Positions 18,537-28,195 of a stretch of 64,000 nucleotides of DNA are shown here, one piece after another. Position numbers and translations under genes: made by a program. The stretch lies in contig CAVOIB010000009.1 in assembly GCA_963695975.1 (NCBI GenBank), positions 26,797 to 90,796 of the forward strand. Direction: 5' to 3'. The notes beneath the pieces are model-generated. The model was given only the letters and a program-made list of their open reading frames with translations, ran no database searches and was not told the origin of the DNA. How positions within the stretch are numbered: the first letter of the stretch is position 1; every line of letters starts with the position of its first letter. This DNA comes from an uncultured Actinomycetes bacterium. GTDB taxonomy: Bacteria; Actinomycetota; UBA4738; HRBIN12.

Positions 18537-19555
18537 TGGGACGCGACCTCGCGATCGACCTCGGCACGGCGAATACGCTCGTGTATCGGCAGGGCGACGG
18601 CGTCGTATTCGCTGAGCCGACGGTCGTCGCGATGCACGCGGGAAGCGGAGAGGTCGTGGCCATGGGCGACGACGTCTGGCGTCTCGTCGGCGGGGACTCG
18701 GGCAACGTCGTCGCGGTCCGGCCGCTGCGGACCGGCGTCATGACCGAGTTCGACATCACGCAACGGATGTTGGAAGTGGTGGTGCGGCGCTCGGCCGCCT
18801 CACGGTTCCCGAAGCCGCGGGTGCTCGTCGCGGTCCCCTCGATGGCCTCTGAGGTCGAGAAGCGTGCGGTCGAGGAGGCGATCCGCTCCGCGGGTGGCGG
18901 CCGGAACGTCACGCTCGTGGAGGAGCCGCTCGCGGCGGCGATCGGCGCCGGTCTGCCGATCCACGAGCCGATCGGCAACCTGGTCGTCGACATCGGCGGC
19001 GGACGCTCGGAGATGGCCGTCGTCTCGATGGGCGGTGTCGTGAGCGGCCGTTCGGTCCAGCTCGGTGGGTTCGACCTGGACGCGGCGATCCAGGAAGACA
19101 TCCGCGAGCGCTACGGCGTCGCGATCGGGGAGAAGGCGGCCGAGGAGATCAAGATCTCGATCGGGTCCGCGTTCCCGACCTCGACAGGCAAGGCCGCCGT
19201 CGTGACAGGCCGCGAGCTCTCGACCGGGAACACGATCGAGGTGACGGTGAGCGAGGACGAGGTGCGCCAGGCGATGTCGGGCACGGTGCGCGACATCGTC
19301 GACACCGCGCGCCTGTGTCTTGCCGAGGCGCCGCCGGAGCTCACCCACGACATCCTGGAGACCGGACTATTCCTGACGGGCGGCGGCAGCATGCTCCGCG
19401 GGATCGACATGCTGCTCGCGCAGGAGTGCGAGGTGCCGGTCCACGCCACCGAACGTCCACTCGAGACGGTCGTGATCGGAGCTGGACGGATGCTGGAGCA
19501 TCTGGCGGACTACCAGACCTCGTTCCAGCTCGTGCGGCGCAAGGCGAGTCGATGA
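18536..19555 (+). CDS. mreB: Rod-shape-determining actin-like protein MreB
   Basis: DLGTANTLVY and other actin-fold ATPase motifs; TGATG-coupled to moaE. Confidence 0.9.
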   Translation: MGRDLAIDLGTANTLVYRQGDGVVFAEPTVVAMHAGSGEVVAMGDDVWRLVGGDSGNVVAVRPLRTGVMTEFDITQRMLEVVVRRSAASRFPKPRVLVAVPSMASEVEKRAVEEAIRSAGGGRNVTLVEEPLAAAIGAGLPIHEPIGNLVVDIGGGRSEMAVVSMGGVVSGRSVQLGGFDLDAAIQEDIRERYGVAIGEKAAEEIKISIGSAFPTSTGKAAVVTGRELSTGNTIEVTVSEDEVRQAMSGTVRDIVDTARLCLAEAPPELTHDILETGLFLTGGGSMLRGIDMLLAQECEVPVHATERPLETVVIGAGRMLEHLADYQTSFQLVRRKASR

Positions 19556-19562
19556 ATAGCGG

Positions 19563-19877
19563 CTAGGACGCGGCCTTGGACAGTAGATCCGCGATCATCG
19601 ACCCCGCCTGGTAGAGCGCGAAGGCAAGGAGCGCCGCCGCGAGCGTGATCGCGATCAACAGTCCGAGGACGCCCGCCGCCCGCGTCTGCCAGGAACGCCT
19701 GTCGGAACCGATCGGCACGTAGACGCCGTCGCCGGCATCGGGTCCTCGAGCCGGCGGTTCCGACAAGAACCCGTCGCCGTCGGACGCGGTCGCCACGTCC
19801 TGGCCAGCGCGGAGCGTGAGCCAGAAGACGAGAGCGCCCGTCGCGAGCGCCACGGCGAAGACCATCACATAAGCCAT
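19563..19877 (-). CDS. Small membrane protein (2 transmembrane helices)
   Basis: Two hydrophobic helices flank an acidic loop. Confidence 0.45.
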   Translation of the reverse strand: MAYVMVFAVALATGALVFWLTLRAGQDVATASDGDGFLSEPPARGPDAGDGVYVPIGSDRRSWQTRAAGVLGLLIAITLAAALLAFALYQAGSMIADLLSKAAS

Positions 19878-19951
19878 GGGATCTGCGCGCGAGCCTATCC
19901 CGAACGTGCCCGCTCGTTCACCTCCGCGGCCCGTACGATGGCTCTTCGGTC

Positions 19952-20941
19952 ATGTCACGACTCAGACGCTTCATCTCCGGGTTCGTCGTCGCGCTCGTCA
20001 TCGGTCTCGCGTTCCTGCTCGGCTGGGTCCAGCTGCCGTACTACTCGCTCGGGCCCGGTCCGGCGCGCGACGTCGAGCCACTGATCCACGTGACGGGCCA
20101 CCAGGAGTTCCCGTCACCTGGTGAGCTCATCATGACCACGGTCCGGTTCCACACCGTGAGCGCGTTGGGGGCGCTGATCGCGTGGCTCGATCCGCATCAG
20201 GCGGTCGTGTCCGAGCATGTGCTCTACCCACCCGGCGAGAGCGCCGAGCAGGAAACTCAGCGGGCGCTGTCGCAGATGGACCAGAGCAAGATCGACGCAA
20301 CGTACGTCGTACTTAGGCGCCTGGCCGGCTATCCGAAAGCTCACGGCGATGGAGCGTTGATCGAGTTCGTGTATCCCGGATGCCCCGCGGAGGGGGCACT
20401 GTTCGCCGGGGACGTGATCCATCAGGTCAACGGGTCTCCCGTGCATTCGCAGAACGAGGCCGCCGCCGCGCTCGACGCCGCGCCGCTCCACGCACCGATC
20501 ACGTTCCAGGTGGAGGCCGCCGGGGAGACCCACGACCTGCGCGTCACGCGCGGCCGCTGTCCCGGGACGGATCGTCCGCTCGTCGGCATCAACCTGATCG
20601 ATCAGTTCCCGTTCGACGTGCGGATCTCGAGCGGAGACGTCGGGGGACCCTCGGCCGGGCTCATGTGGGCGCTCGGCCTGTACGACCTGCTCACGCCCGG
20701 CGACCTCACGGGTGGACGAACCGTGGCCGGCACGGGGACGATCGACACGCGCGGCCGCGTCGGGCCCATCGGAGGGATCCAGGACAAGGTGATCGGTGCC
20801 GAACGGGAGGGCGCGGACCTGTTCCTGGTCCCGGCGGACAACATGAAGGACCTGCAGGGCGTGGACACGGGCGACATGCGGCTCGCGCCGGTGGCGACGT
20901 TCCAGGAGGCGTTGGATGCGCTGGGAGCCCCGCGGCCTTAA
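19952..20941 (+). CDS. PDZ-domain plus Lon-protease-like (S16 C-terminal) protein, YlbL/SepM-like
   Basis: N-terminal TM segment, PDZ region, C-terminal GPSAGLMWALGLYDLLT Lon-like serine motif. Confidence 0.8.
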   Translation: MSRLRRFISGFVVALVIGLAFLLGWVQLPYYSLGPGPARDVEPLIHVTGHQEFPSPGELIMTTVRFHTVSALGALIAWLDPHQAVVSEHVLYPPGESAEQETQRALSQMDQSKIDATYVVLRRLAGYPKAHGDGALIEFVYPGCPAEGALFAGDVIHQVNGSPVHSQNEAAAALDAAPLHAPITFQVEAAGETHDLRVTRGRCPGTDRPLVGINLIDQFPFDVRISSGDVGGPSAGLMWALGLYDLLTPGDLTGGRTVAGTGTIDTRGRVGPIGGIQDKVIGAEREGADLFLVPADNMKDLQGVDTGDMRLAPVATFQEALDALGAPRP

Positions 20942-21020
20942 CCCGTTCGTTCCGTACGCCATGGGTTAGGCTGGCCGTCCGCGGCCAGGCTCGGTCGCGC
21001 GAGGGAGACGGAACACCGAC

Positions 21021-23879
21021 ATGATGCGACGGACGATCCCGGCGGGAACCCGCCGTTGGCCGCTCATCGTGGTTGCCGTGGTCGTCCTGTTGTTCATCCT
21101 CCTGTCGGTGATGTCGGGCTTCTACGTCGACCTGCTCTGGTTCAAAGAGGTCAAGCTCTCGAGCGTCTTCTGGTCGGTGCTGCGCACCAAGTTCGTGCTC
21201 GGGTTGATCTTCGGGCTGTTGTTCTTCGCGTTGCTGTACGTCAACCTCCTCATCGTCCGGTGGATCACGCCCGAGACGCGGATCCTCACGCCCGAGCAGG
21301 AGGCGGTTGAACGTGTCCGACAGAACCTCGAGCCGTACCTACGCTGGCTCATCCCGCTCGGCTCGGCGACGCTCGCGCTGATCGTCGGCATCGGCGTGTC
21401 GCGTGAATGGTCCACGTTCCTGTTGTGGCGCAACGGCGCCGGGCTCACGTTCGGCCACCCGGAGCCGCTCTTCCATCGGGATCCCGCTTTCTACATCTTC
21501 AACCTGCCGTGGCTCCGGTTCCTGCAGGGGTGGCTGTTCTCGTCGCTCGTCGGCGTGACCCTGATCGTGATCATCGCGCACTTCCTCTGGGGTGGGATCC
21601 AGCCTCAGGCGTCGGCGTTCGCGGACAAGGTCTCGCCCGCCGTTCGAGCCCACCTGTCGGTGCTCCTGGGGTTGATCATGCTGGCGAAGGCCTGGGGCTA
21701 CTACTTGGGCCGGTTCGATCTGCTCACGTCGCCTCGCGGCGTGGTGGAGGGCGCGTCGTACACCGACGTGCATGCGCAGTTGCCTGCCCTCAACTTCCTG
21801 GCGATCGTCGCGGTGATCTGTGCGGTGCTGTTCTTGGTGAACATCCGCGTGCGCCTGTGGAGCCTGCCCGTGATCGCCGTTGGTCTGCTCGCGCTGGTCT
21901 CGGTGTTGCTTGGCACGGTGTACCCCGCGCTGGTGCAGCAGTTCAGCGTCAAGCCGCAGGAACAGCAGCGTGAGACCCCATACATCGAGGACAACATCGC
22001 CGGCACTCGATGGGCCTTCAAGCTGGACACGATCGATGTCTCCGAGCGTCCCGCTGATCCGGCCGTCTCTGCCGACGCGCTCGACCAGAACGCGGCGACG
22101 GTGTCCAACATCCGGCTGTGGCGCCCCTCCGTGCTCAAGGAGAACTTCCAATCGCTGCAACGGATCCGGCAGTACTACGAGTTCGAGGATGTCGACGTCG
22201 ACAGGTACGACCTGTCCGGGAGCAAGCGTGTCTTGATGGTCTCGGGGCGCGAGGTCACGCAGAACGGCATCCCCTCCGGCGGCCAGACGTGGCAGAACAC
22301 GCACCTGGTGTACACGCACGGGTACGGTGCCGTCGCGGCGCAGGTGAACACCGCGTCGACCGAAGGCGCTCCTTCGCTCACGCTGCGCGATATCCCGCCG
22401 GTGGGCGAGCCGGCGATCTCCCAGCCGCAGCTCTACTTCGGGGAGCTGAACGACGTGCCGTTCGTGGTGACGAATACGGGCTCGAAAGAGCTCGACTACG
22501 AAGGCGCGTCACAGGAGCAGGACACGGTCTATTCCGGAACCGGCGGGATCCCGATGGGGAACATGCTTCAGCGGGCGTTGTTCGCATGGCGCTTCAAGGA
22601 CATCAACCTGCTGATCTCGGGACTGATCCATCCAGACAGCCGGATCATGATCTTCCGCCAGATCCAGCAGCGTGTCCCGAAGCCCGCCCCCTTCCTGCGG
22701 TTCGATGCGGACCCGTACCTGGCGATCGTTGCCGGCAAGCTCACGTGGATCTACGACGCGTACACGACGACGACCGAATATCCGTACTCGCAGGCGGTGG
22801 ACCTCGGTGACGCGACCGACGGTCTGATGACGGGTCGCTCGAACTACATGCGGAACTCGGTGAAAGTCACGGTGGACGCCTACACGGGGGCGATGACCTA
22901 CTACCTGGTGGACCCGAGCGACCCGATCGCGGTGGCGTGGTCTCGCGCCTTCCCCGACATGTTCACGCCGCTCTCGGACGCCTCGCCCGACCTGCTGGCG
23001 CATTTCCGTTACCCCGAGAACCTCTTCCAGGTGCAGGCGACGCAGTTCTCTACATACCACGTGACGGACCCGGCGGTGTTCTTCCAGAAGCAGGACGTGT
23101 GGCAGTTACCGACCGACCCGACGATCGCGGGGAACAACCCCGCGGCGGCGGGCACGACCGCGGCGGGGGGGCCGCTACGCCCCTACTACACGCTGATGCG
23201 CCTGCCTAGTGCGACCGACGAGCACTTCCAGCTGATCCTGCCGTTCACGCCCGAGGGACGGCAGAACATGACGTCATGGATGGCCGCGGACTCCGACCCG
23301 ATCTCCTATGGCAAGTTGACCGCGTATACGTTCCCATCGGGGAGAAACGTCGACGGTCCGACCCAGGTGTTCGCGCAGATCAATCAGGATCCGGCGTTCT
23401 CCTCGTTGAGGACGCTCCTCGGTCAAGGAGGATCGACGATCGTGTTCGGCGACTTCCTCGTGATACCGATCAACGACTCGTTCCTCTACGTCCAACCCGT
23501 CTACGTGCGCTCGAACCAGGAGAACTCGATCCCCGAGCTGAAGCGCGTGGTGGTCGTGAACGGCAACACGGTCGGGCTGGGGACGAGCCTCTCCGAGGCA
23601 ATCGCCGACTCCACGAGCGGGCAACCATCGGGTGGCGGTGGGGAGACACCTCCGCCCGGAGGCAGCATCGACGAGCAGGTCGCCGGGCTGTTGGATCAGG
23701 CGTTGCAGCACTTCGCCGCGGCCAACGCGGCGCTCACCGCGGGGAACCTGGCCACCTACCAGTCGGAGCTCGACCAAGCCCAGCAGCTCGTCCAACAGGC
23801 GAACGACCTGATCGCCCAGCAGAGCGCGAGTGGAGCGGGAGGCGCGACGCCGACGCCCACGGCGAGTCCGTCTCCGTAG
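21021..23879 (+). CDS. UPF0182 family large membrane protein
   Basis: 952 aa; N-terminal polytopic region and conserved C-terminal domain; conserved synteny with a YlbL-like gene, as in mycobacterial Rv3193c/Rv3194c. Confidence 0.85.
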   Translation: MMRRTIPAGTRRWPLIVVAVVVLLFILLSVMSGFYVDLLWFKEVKLSSVFWSVLRTKFVLGLIFGLLFFALLYVNLLIVRWITPETRILTPEQEAVERVRQNLEPYLRWLIPLGSATLALIVGIGVSREWSTFLLWRNGAGLTFGHPEPLFHRDPAFYIFNLPWLRFLQGWLFSSLVGVTLIVIIAHFLWGGIQPQASAFADKVSPAVRAHLSVLLGLIMLAKAWGYYLGRFDLLTSPRGVVEGASYTDVHAQLPALNFLAIVAVICAVLFLVNIRVRLWSLPVIAVGLLALVSVLLGTVYPALVQQFSVKPQEQQRETPYIEDNIAGTRWAFKLDTIDVSERPADPAVSADALDQNAATVSNIRLWRPSVLKENFQSLQRIRQYYEFEDVDVDRYDLSGSKRVLMVSGREVTQNGIPSGGQTWQNTHLVYTHGYGAVAAQVNTASTEGAPSLTLRDIPPVGEPAISQPQLYFGELNDVPFVVTNTGSKELDYEGASQEQDTVYSGTGGIPMGNMLQRALFAWRFKDINLLISGLIHPDSRIMIFRQIQQRVPKPAPFLRFDADPYLAIVAGKLTWIYDAYTTTTEYPYSQAVDLGDATDGLMTGRSNYMRNSVKVTVDAYTGAMTYYLVDPSDPIAVAWSRAFPDMFTPLSDASPDLLAHFRYPENLFQVQATQFSTYHVTDPAVFFQKQDVWQLPTDPTIAGNNPAAAGTTAAGGPLRPYYTLMRLPSATDEHFQLILPFTPEGRQNMTSWMAADSDPISYGKLTAYTFPSGRNVDGPTQVFAQINQDPAFSSLRTLLGQGGSTIVFGDFLVIPINDSFLYVQPVYVRSNQENSIPELKRVVVVNGNTVGLGTSLSEAIADSTSGQPSGGGGETPPPGGSIDEQVAGLLDQALQHFAAANAALTAGNLATYQSELDQAQQLVQQANDLIAQQSASGAGGATPTPTASPSP

Positions 23880-23885
23880 GACGCC

Positions 23886-25403
23886 TCAGTCCTGGAGGCG
23901 GAAGCCCAGGTCGGCCTCGATGTCGGCGACGTCCATCTGGGCCTTCTGCAGCCGGCCCGAGTAGTCCCAGTTCATGGCTTGCCAGCGCGTGAACTGATCG
24001 AGTACCCAGATCCCCGACTGCCGGGAGCCGTTGCCACTCTTTCCGTTGCCGCCGAACGGCAGGTGGGCCTCCGCGCCCGACGTCGAGTTGTTCACGGAGA
24101 CCATCCCGGCGGTGACACGCTCGCGGAATCGGAACGCGTGGAGCGGGTCCCGCGTGTAGATCGACGACGACAGTCCGTACCCGTGGCCGTTCGCGAGCGC
24201 GATCGCTTCGTCGAACGTTCCGAACGACGCGACCGCGACGATCGGCCCGAACGTCTCTCTGCGATACAGCTCGTCGTCTCCGGTCACACCGTCCACGATC
24301 GTCGGGTGACAGTAGATGCCTTCGTCGGGATCGCCGACGAACCCATCGCGCGGATTGCGGGAGCCGATGCGCCCGCTGCCGCTCGATCCGCTCACCGCGT
24401 GATGCGGTCGGATCAACTCCAGCCAGCCCAGGAAGCGATCGCAGAACCGTTGGCTGATCATCGGGCCGTACAAGACGTCCCGCGTGGGATCGCCGATCGG
24501 CGCGTCGCGCACCGCCTTGTCGAACCGCGCCACGAACTCGTCGTGCACGTCAGCGTGCACGATCGCGACGCCGAGCGACGTGCACCGTTGGCCGGCGGTG
24601 CCGAACCCGCTGAAGAGCGCACCCTCGACCGCCAGATCGAGATCGGCGTCGGGCATCACGACGAGGGGGTTCTTCCCGCCGAGTTCGAGGCAGGGCGACT
24701 GCAGGTGGCGCCCGCAAAGCTCGCCGATCCGCGCGCCCACGTCGGTGGAGCCGGTGAACCCGACCTTGTCGACCAAGCGCTCGCCCAGTGCATGCTCGAG
24801 CCCCGCGAACGTTTCCGGTCCGTCGGCGAGCACCATGTTGAACACGCCGTCCGGCAATCCGGCGTGCAGGATCAGCTGCGCGAACGCTTCGGCGGTCGCG
24901 GGCGTGTACTCCGCGGGCTTCCAGACGACGGCGTTCCCGCACAGAAGGGCCGGGATCAAGTACCAGGAGGGAACCGCGACCGGGAAGTTCCCGGCGGTGA
25001 TGATCGCCGCCACACCCACCGGCATCCTGAACGTGAAGAGCTGTTTGTCGGGCATCTCCGACGGCACGGTTTGGCCGTAGAGGCGGCGACCTTCGCCGAG
25101 GAAGAAGTTGCATGTGTCGATGACTTCCTGGACCTCCCCACGCGACTCGGCGATCGGCTTGCCGATCTCGCGTGTGAGGAGCCGGGAGAGCGCCTCCTTG
25201 TTCTCCTCCACCAACCGCCCGAGCTGCTGGATCGCTCGGCCGCGGACAGGTGCCGGGACCGCAGCCCACGCCGGTTGGGCCGTTCGAGCCGCGCTGCAGG
25301 CCTCGACGAAGGTCGCGGCATCGCCCAGGAGCGCGTTCGCGACCGTGTCGAGGAGCGCGGCCGGGTTGGCGACGGTGAGTCGGCCGCCGGGCGCATCACG
25401 CAT
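23886..25403 (-). CDS. NAD(P)-dependent aldehyde dehydrogenase family protein
   Basis: ALDH motifs (ELGGKNP, FxGxGQRC catalytic Cys region); the upstream part of the long ORF is treated as non-coding. Confidence 0.85.
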   Translation of the reverse strand: MRDAPGGRLTVANPAALLDTVANALLGDAATFVEACSAARTAQPAWAAVPAPVRGRAIQQLGRLVEENKEALSRLLTREIGKPIAESRGEVQEVIDTCNFFLGEGRRLYGQTVPSEMPDKQLFTFRMPVGVAAIITAGNFPVAVPSWYLIPALLCGNAVVWKPAEYTPATAEAFAQLILHAGLPDGVFNMVLADGPETFAGLEHALGERLVDKVGFTGSTDVGARIGELCGRHLQSPCLELGGKNPLVVMPDADLDLAVEGALFSGFGTAGQRCTSLGVAIVHADVHDEFVARFDKAVRDAPIGDPTRDVLYGPMISQRFCDRFLGWLELIRPHHAVSGSSGSGRIGSRNPRDGFVGDPDEGIYCHPTIVDGVTGDDELYRRETFGPIVAVASFGTFDEAIALANGHGYGLSSSIYTRDPLHAFRFRERVTAGMVSVNNSTSGAEAHLPFGGNGKSGNGSRQSGIWVLDQFTRWQAMNWDYSGRLQKAQMDVADIEADLGFRLQD

Positions 25404-25532
25404 GACACGTCCACCGATCAACGACGAGACGGTTCGCGGCATGCCCCATCGTCCCACGAGCGGATGCGGCCGGGCCACTTCAGAGTTGCGGGCCTTCGAG
25501 CCGATGATTGGACCGAGGGGGAGGTGGGGTAC

Positions 25533-26114
25533 ATGCCCGAGGACTTCGACCCGATCCGTATCCTTGCCGGGCTTCAATCGCACGGCGTCTCGTACGTGCT
25601 GGTCGGCGGGCTGGGCGCCGCGGCTCACGGCTCCCCGGTCGAGACCGACGACGTCGACATCTGCGTCTCCGACGACGACGAGAACCTCGGACGTCTGTCG
25701 CTCGCACTGGGGCAGCTGGGCGGGCTGCCAGCTCCCGAGGCCGCGTACGAGCATCGTGTCTCGTTCAGCACGCCGGCCGGACGTCTGGACGTGCTCGAGA
25801 GCCCCGGGGAGTTCGAAGCGTTGTCGGAGAACGCGATCGAGATCGACGCCGGGCACGGAGTGTTGATCCGCGTCGCGGCGCTCGACGATCTGGCACGGCT
25901 GAAGCGATCGTCCGGGGATCTGTCGGCCGCCGTGCGATTGTCAGCGCTCGCTGGCGAGGGGATGGAGACGCGGCGAGAGGCGGAGCGGCCGCTCGACCCC
26001 GATCCGCCGCCGAAGGGCCGGATCGAACGGATCCTGCGCAGACTCGAGGATGTGGACATCTACCTCACCGAGGTGAACAAGGGCGAACGTCCGATCCGCC
26101 GGAAGCGGCCCTAG
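25533..26114 (+). CDS. Nucleotidyltransferase-fold (pol-beta superfamily) hypothetical protein
   Basis: SD GAGGGGGAGG; GS-x8-DDVD minimal NTase motif (GGLGAAAHGSPVETDDVDICV). Confidence 0.6.
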   Translation: MPEDFDPIRILAGLQSHGVSYVLVGGLGAAAHGSPVETDDVDICVSDDDENLGRLSLALGQLGGLPAPEAAYEHRVSFSTPAGRLDVLESPGEFEALSENAIEIDAGHGVLIRVAALDDLARLKRSSGDLSAAVRLSALAGEGMETRREAERPLDPDPPPKGRIERILRRLEDVDIYLTEVNKGERPIRRKRP

Positions 26115-26145
26115 TGCCGGAGCAGAGACTAGGATCGGACCTGAG

Positions 26146-26337
26146 ATGTGGCTATTGACGTGGGTCGTCACCATGGTGCTGGTCATCGGGTTGCTGGGCG
26201 GGATCCTGGGCGCGCTCGCGGACCGCGCTGCCCGGCCGGGGGTGACTCCCATCGGTGAGCTCGCCGCCGCCTATCTCAGAGGTCGGATCACCGCCCCTCG
26301 GGCGGGATCGATAGGCGACACATCGTCGGGCAACTGA
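26146..26337 (+). CDS. Small membrane protein (63 aa)
   Basis: One transmembrane helix; weak RBS. Confidence 0.3.
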   Translation: MWLLTWVVTMVLVIGLLGGILGALADRAARPGVTPIGELAAAYLRGRITAPRAGSIGDTSSGN

Positions 26338-26364
26338 CGGGAACGACGGACCGTTCGCCGGCGG

Positions 26365-26904
26365 CTACTCCCCGGTGAGCCCGTCTACCGACTCCCGGAT
26401 GAGATCGGCATGGCCGTTGTGCCGCGCGTACTCCTCGATCATGTGAAGCAGGATCCATCGAAGGCTGGGTACCTCGCCGCCCGGCCAGGTGCGCCGGGCC
26501 AGCCGCTCCAGGCCGCCGTCGGCCAGCGCCTCCGCCACCAGAGAGCGGGAGCGGGCCACGGCGTCCTGCCAGAGCGAATGCAGCTGTTCAGGTGAGTCCT
26601 TGGCCGCTGAGTGCCATTCCCAGTCGGGGTCGGCCTTCCAGTCCACCGTGTCCCACGGGGGCTGCCGGTCTCGCCCGTAGAGCCACCGGGAGAACCAGTC
26701 GCTCTCGACGTAGGCCAGGTGCTTGAGCAACCCACCGAGGGTGATCGACGAGGCGGCGGCGGTCGCCCGCAGGCCCGCCGCGTCGAGTCCCGCGCACTTC
26801 CAGGCCAGGGTCGCGCGCTGATACTCCAGGAAGCCCAGGAGGGTGGCGGTCTCGTCGGCCGTGAGGGGAGGTTCCGGGCGACCATGCTCGTCCAGCTCGG
26901 TCAT
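26365..26904 (-). CDS. DinB_2/DUF664 (mycothiol-dependent-enzyme-like) family protein
   Basis: Conserved HxxxD...H...EExxH four-helix-bundle metal-site motifs; TATACT hexamer 12 bp before the ATG (leaderless-type). Confidence 0.75.
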   Translation of the reverse strand: MTELDEHGRPEPPLTADETATLLGFLEYQRATLAWKCAGLDAAGLRATAAASSITLGGLLKHLAYVESDWFSRWLYGRDRQPPWDTVDWKADPDWEWHSAAKDSPEQLHSLWQDAVARSRSLVAEALADGGLERLARRTWPGGEVPSLRWILLHMIEEYARHNGHADLIRESVDGLTGE

Positions 26905-26932
26905 GGGCGGTGAGTATAGGCGTCGCGTGATC

Positions 26933-26968
26933 GGCATTGGAGCCACGGCAACGTCGCCCCCCAACTCG
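26933..26968. repeat. 36-bp direct repeat, copy 1 (GGCATTGGAGCCACGGCAACGTCGCCCCCCAACTCG), upstream of the DinB_2 gene
   Basis: 32/36 identity with 27976–28011. Confidence 0.8.
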
Positions 26969-26989
26969 AGGACAACTCGAACGCTAAGC

Positions 26990-27045
26990 CATCGATCCGA
27001 GAGGCGAGTCTCCTTCGGGCCGCTCAACAGTCGGCTTGGCCCACC
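26990..27045. repeat. Degenerate copy of the CGTCGGCTTTGTCGGG/CTATCTCC palindromic element family
   Basis: GTCTCC...CAGTCGGCTTGGCCC resembles the element core. Confidence 0.3.
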
Positions 27046-27158
27046 GCAGCACTATGGCGAGGACGCTGGGCTCGGATCCCTCGTCTGACTCTTCGATCGG
27101 AATGTCCAGAAGCTGAGCGTCCCATCCGCCGCAAGAAGCCCTAAGCGCTCGGATCCCT

Positions 27159-27932
27159 CTACTGGAGCTGAGCGCAGATCGCGCGAGGGTCGCCCTCCTC
27201 GTCGGCCATGACCGCTAGCCCCGAGAAGCCGAGTCCTTCGAGGAGTCGTCCGATCGGTTCAGCTTGATCACCGCCGAGTTCCATCAGGAGCCACCCATCG
27301 GGACTGAGCCAACGAATGCTTCTACGCGCGACCTCGACCAGGAGTTCCGTGCCGTCGACGCCGCCGTCGAGTGCCAGCCGTGCCTCGAACGTCTGAACGT
27401 CGCGTGGGAGCAGACCGAGCGCGGCCGTAGGCACGTACGGCACGACCGCCGTCAGCACGTCGACGCGCCGCTCGAGCGCTCGCGGCAGTGGTTCATCCAG
27501 GAAGCCCTCGAACACCTCGACGCCGTTCCGTCTTGCGCATCGCACCGCGTTCGACTCGAGTTCGGTCGCGAGTATCTGTGCCGATGGGGCGGCCGCGGCC
27601 ATAACCGCCGCGATCGCACCAACCCCCGTACAGAGATCCACGGCCACCCCCTCCGGCGGGAGGAGGTCCGCTGCTCGTCGCGCCAGCGGCTCTGTCTGTC
27701 GGCGCGGCACGTAGACGCCCGGTCCAACGAACAGCCGGAGACCGCAGAACGTGACAGCGCCGGTCAGCCATGCGATCGGCTCACCGGTCGTGCGACGAGA
27801 TATCAGTTCATCGAGCACTTCCAGATCTCCGGCGGCGGCCCGGATGAGCTCATCGGCCTCATCCGACGCAGCGATGCATCCCGCCTGGGTGAGGGTCTGC
27901 ACCACGGAGATACGGTCGAGCCGCTTCATCCC
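27159..27932 (-). CDS. PrmC/HemK-related SAM-dependent methyltransferase (putative protein glutamine-N5 MTase family, substrate unknown)
   Basis: Motif I VDLCTGVGAIA; HemK-like N-terminal helical region. Confidence 0.7.
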   Translation of the reverse strand, partial: GMKRLDRISVVQTLTQAGCIAASDEADELIRAAAGDLEVLDELISRRTTGEPIAWLTGAVTFCGLRLFVGPGVYVPRRQTEPLARRAADLLPPEGVAVDLCTGVGAIAAVMAAAAPSAQILATELESNAVRCARRNGVEVFEGFLDEPLPRALERRVDVLTAVVPYVPTAALGLLPRDVQTFEARLALDGGVDGTELLVEVARRSIRWLSPDGWLLMELGGDQAEPIGRLLEGLGFSGLAVMADEEGDPRAICAQLQ

Positions 27933-27975
27933 GGGCACTCTCGCATCCTTCGTTCGTCGTCTTTTTGTCGGGATG

Positions 27976-28011
27976 GGCATTCGGGTCACGGCGACGTCGC
28001 CCCCCAACTCG
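27976..28011. repeat. 36-bp direct repeat, copy 2, with the perfect palindrome GGCGACGTCGCC, upstream of the PrmC-related gene
   Basis: 32/36 identity with 26933–26968; same position and orientation relative to the downstream minus-strand gene. Confidence 0.8.
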
Positions 28012-28047
28012 CTGGGAACCGATCAAGCCTAATGCCTACCCCACGTT

Positions 28048-28096
28048 GGCTTCGTCGGGATAGGAGATGAGGCACTCCCTAACGCCGCCCCCTCCC
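28048..28096. repeat. Palindromic element family, partial copy A (centre plus right arm: GGCTTCGTCGGGATAGGAGAT...AACGCCGCCCCCTCCC)
   Basis: Aligns with the centre and right arm of complete copy B. Confidence 0.65.
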
Positions 28097-28195
28097 GGTT
28101 GGACCACCGAGGGATCGATCCCGGCCCGGCTCCTTTACAAGCTCGATCGCCACATGTAGTGATTGCGCATTGCAGTCACTCCGAAGGGAACGCCG

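Noticed and set aside
23979-26114. 711-aa plus-strand ORF
   Set aside because: It lies antisense to the well-supported aldehyde dehydrogenase gene and has an R/G/D-rich composition typical of high-GC shadow frames. Only its last 193 codons (25533–26114) look like a real gene
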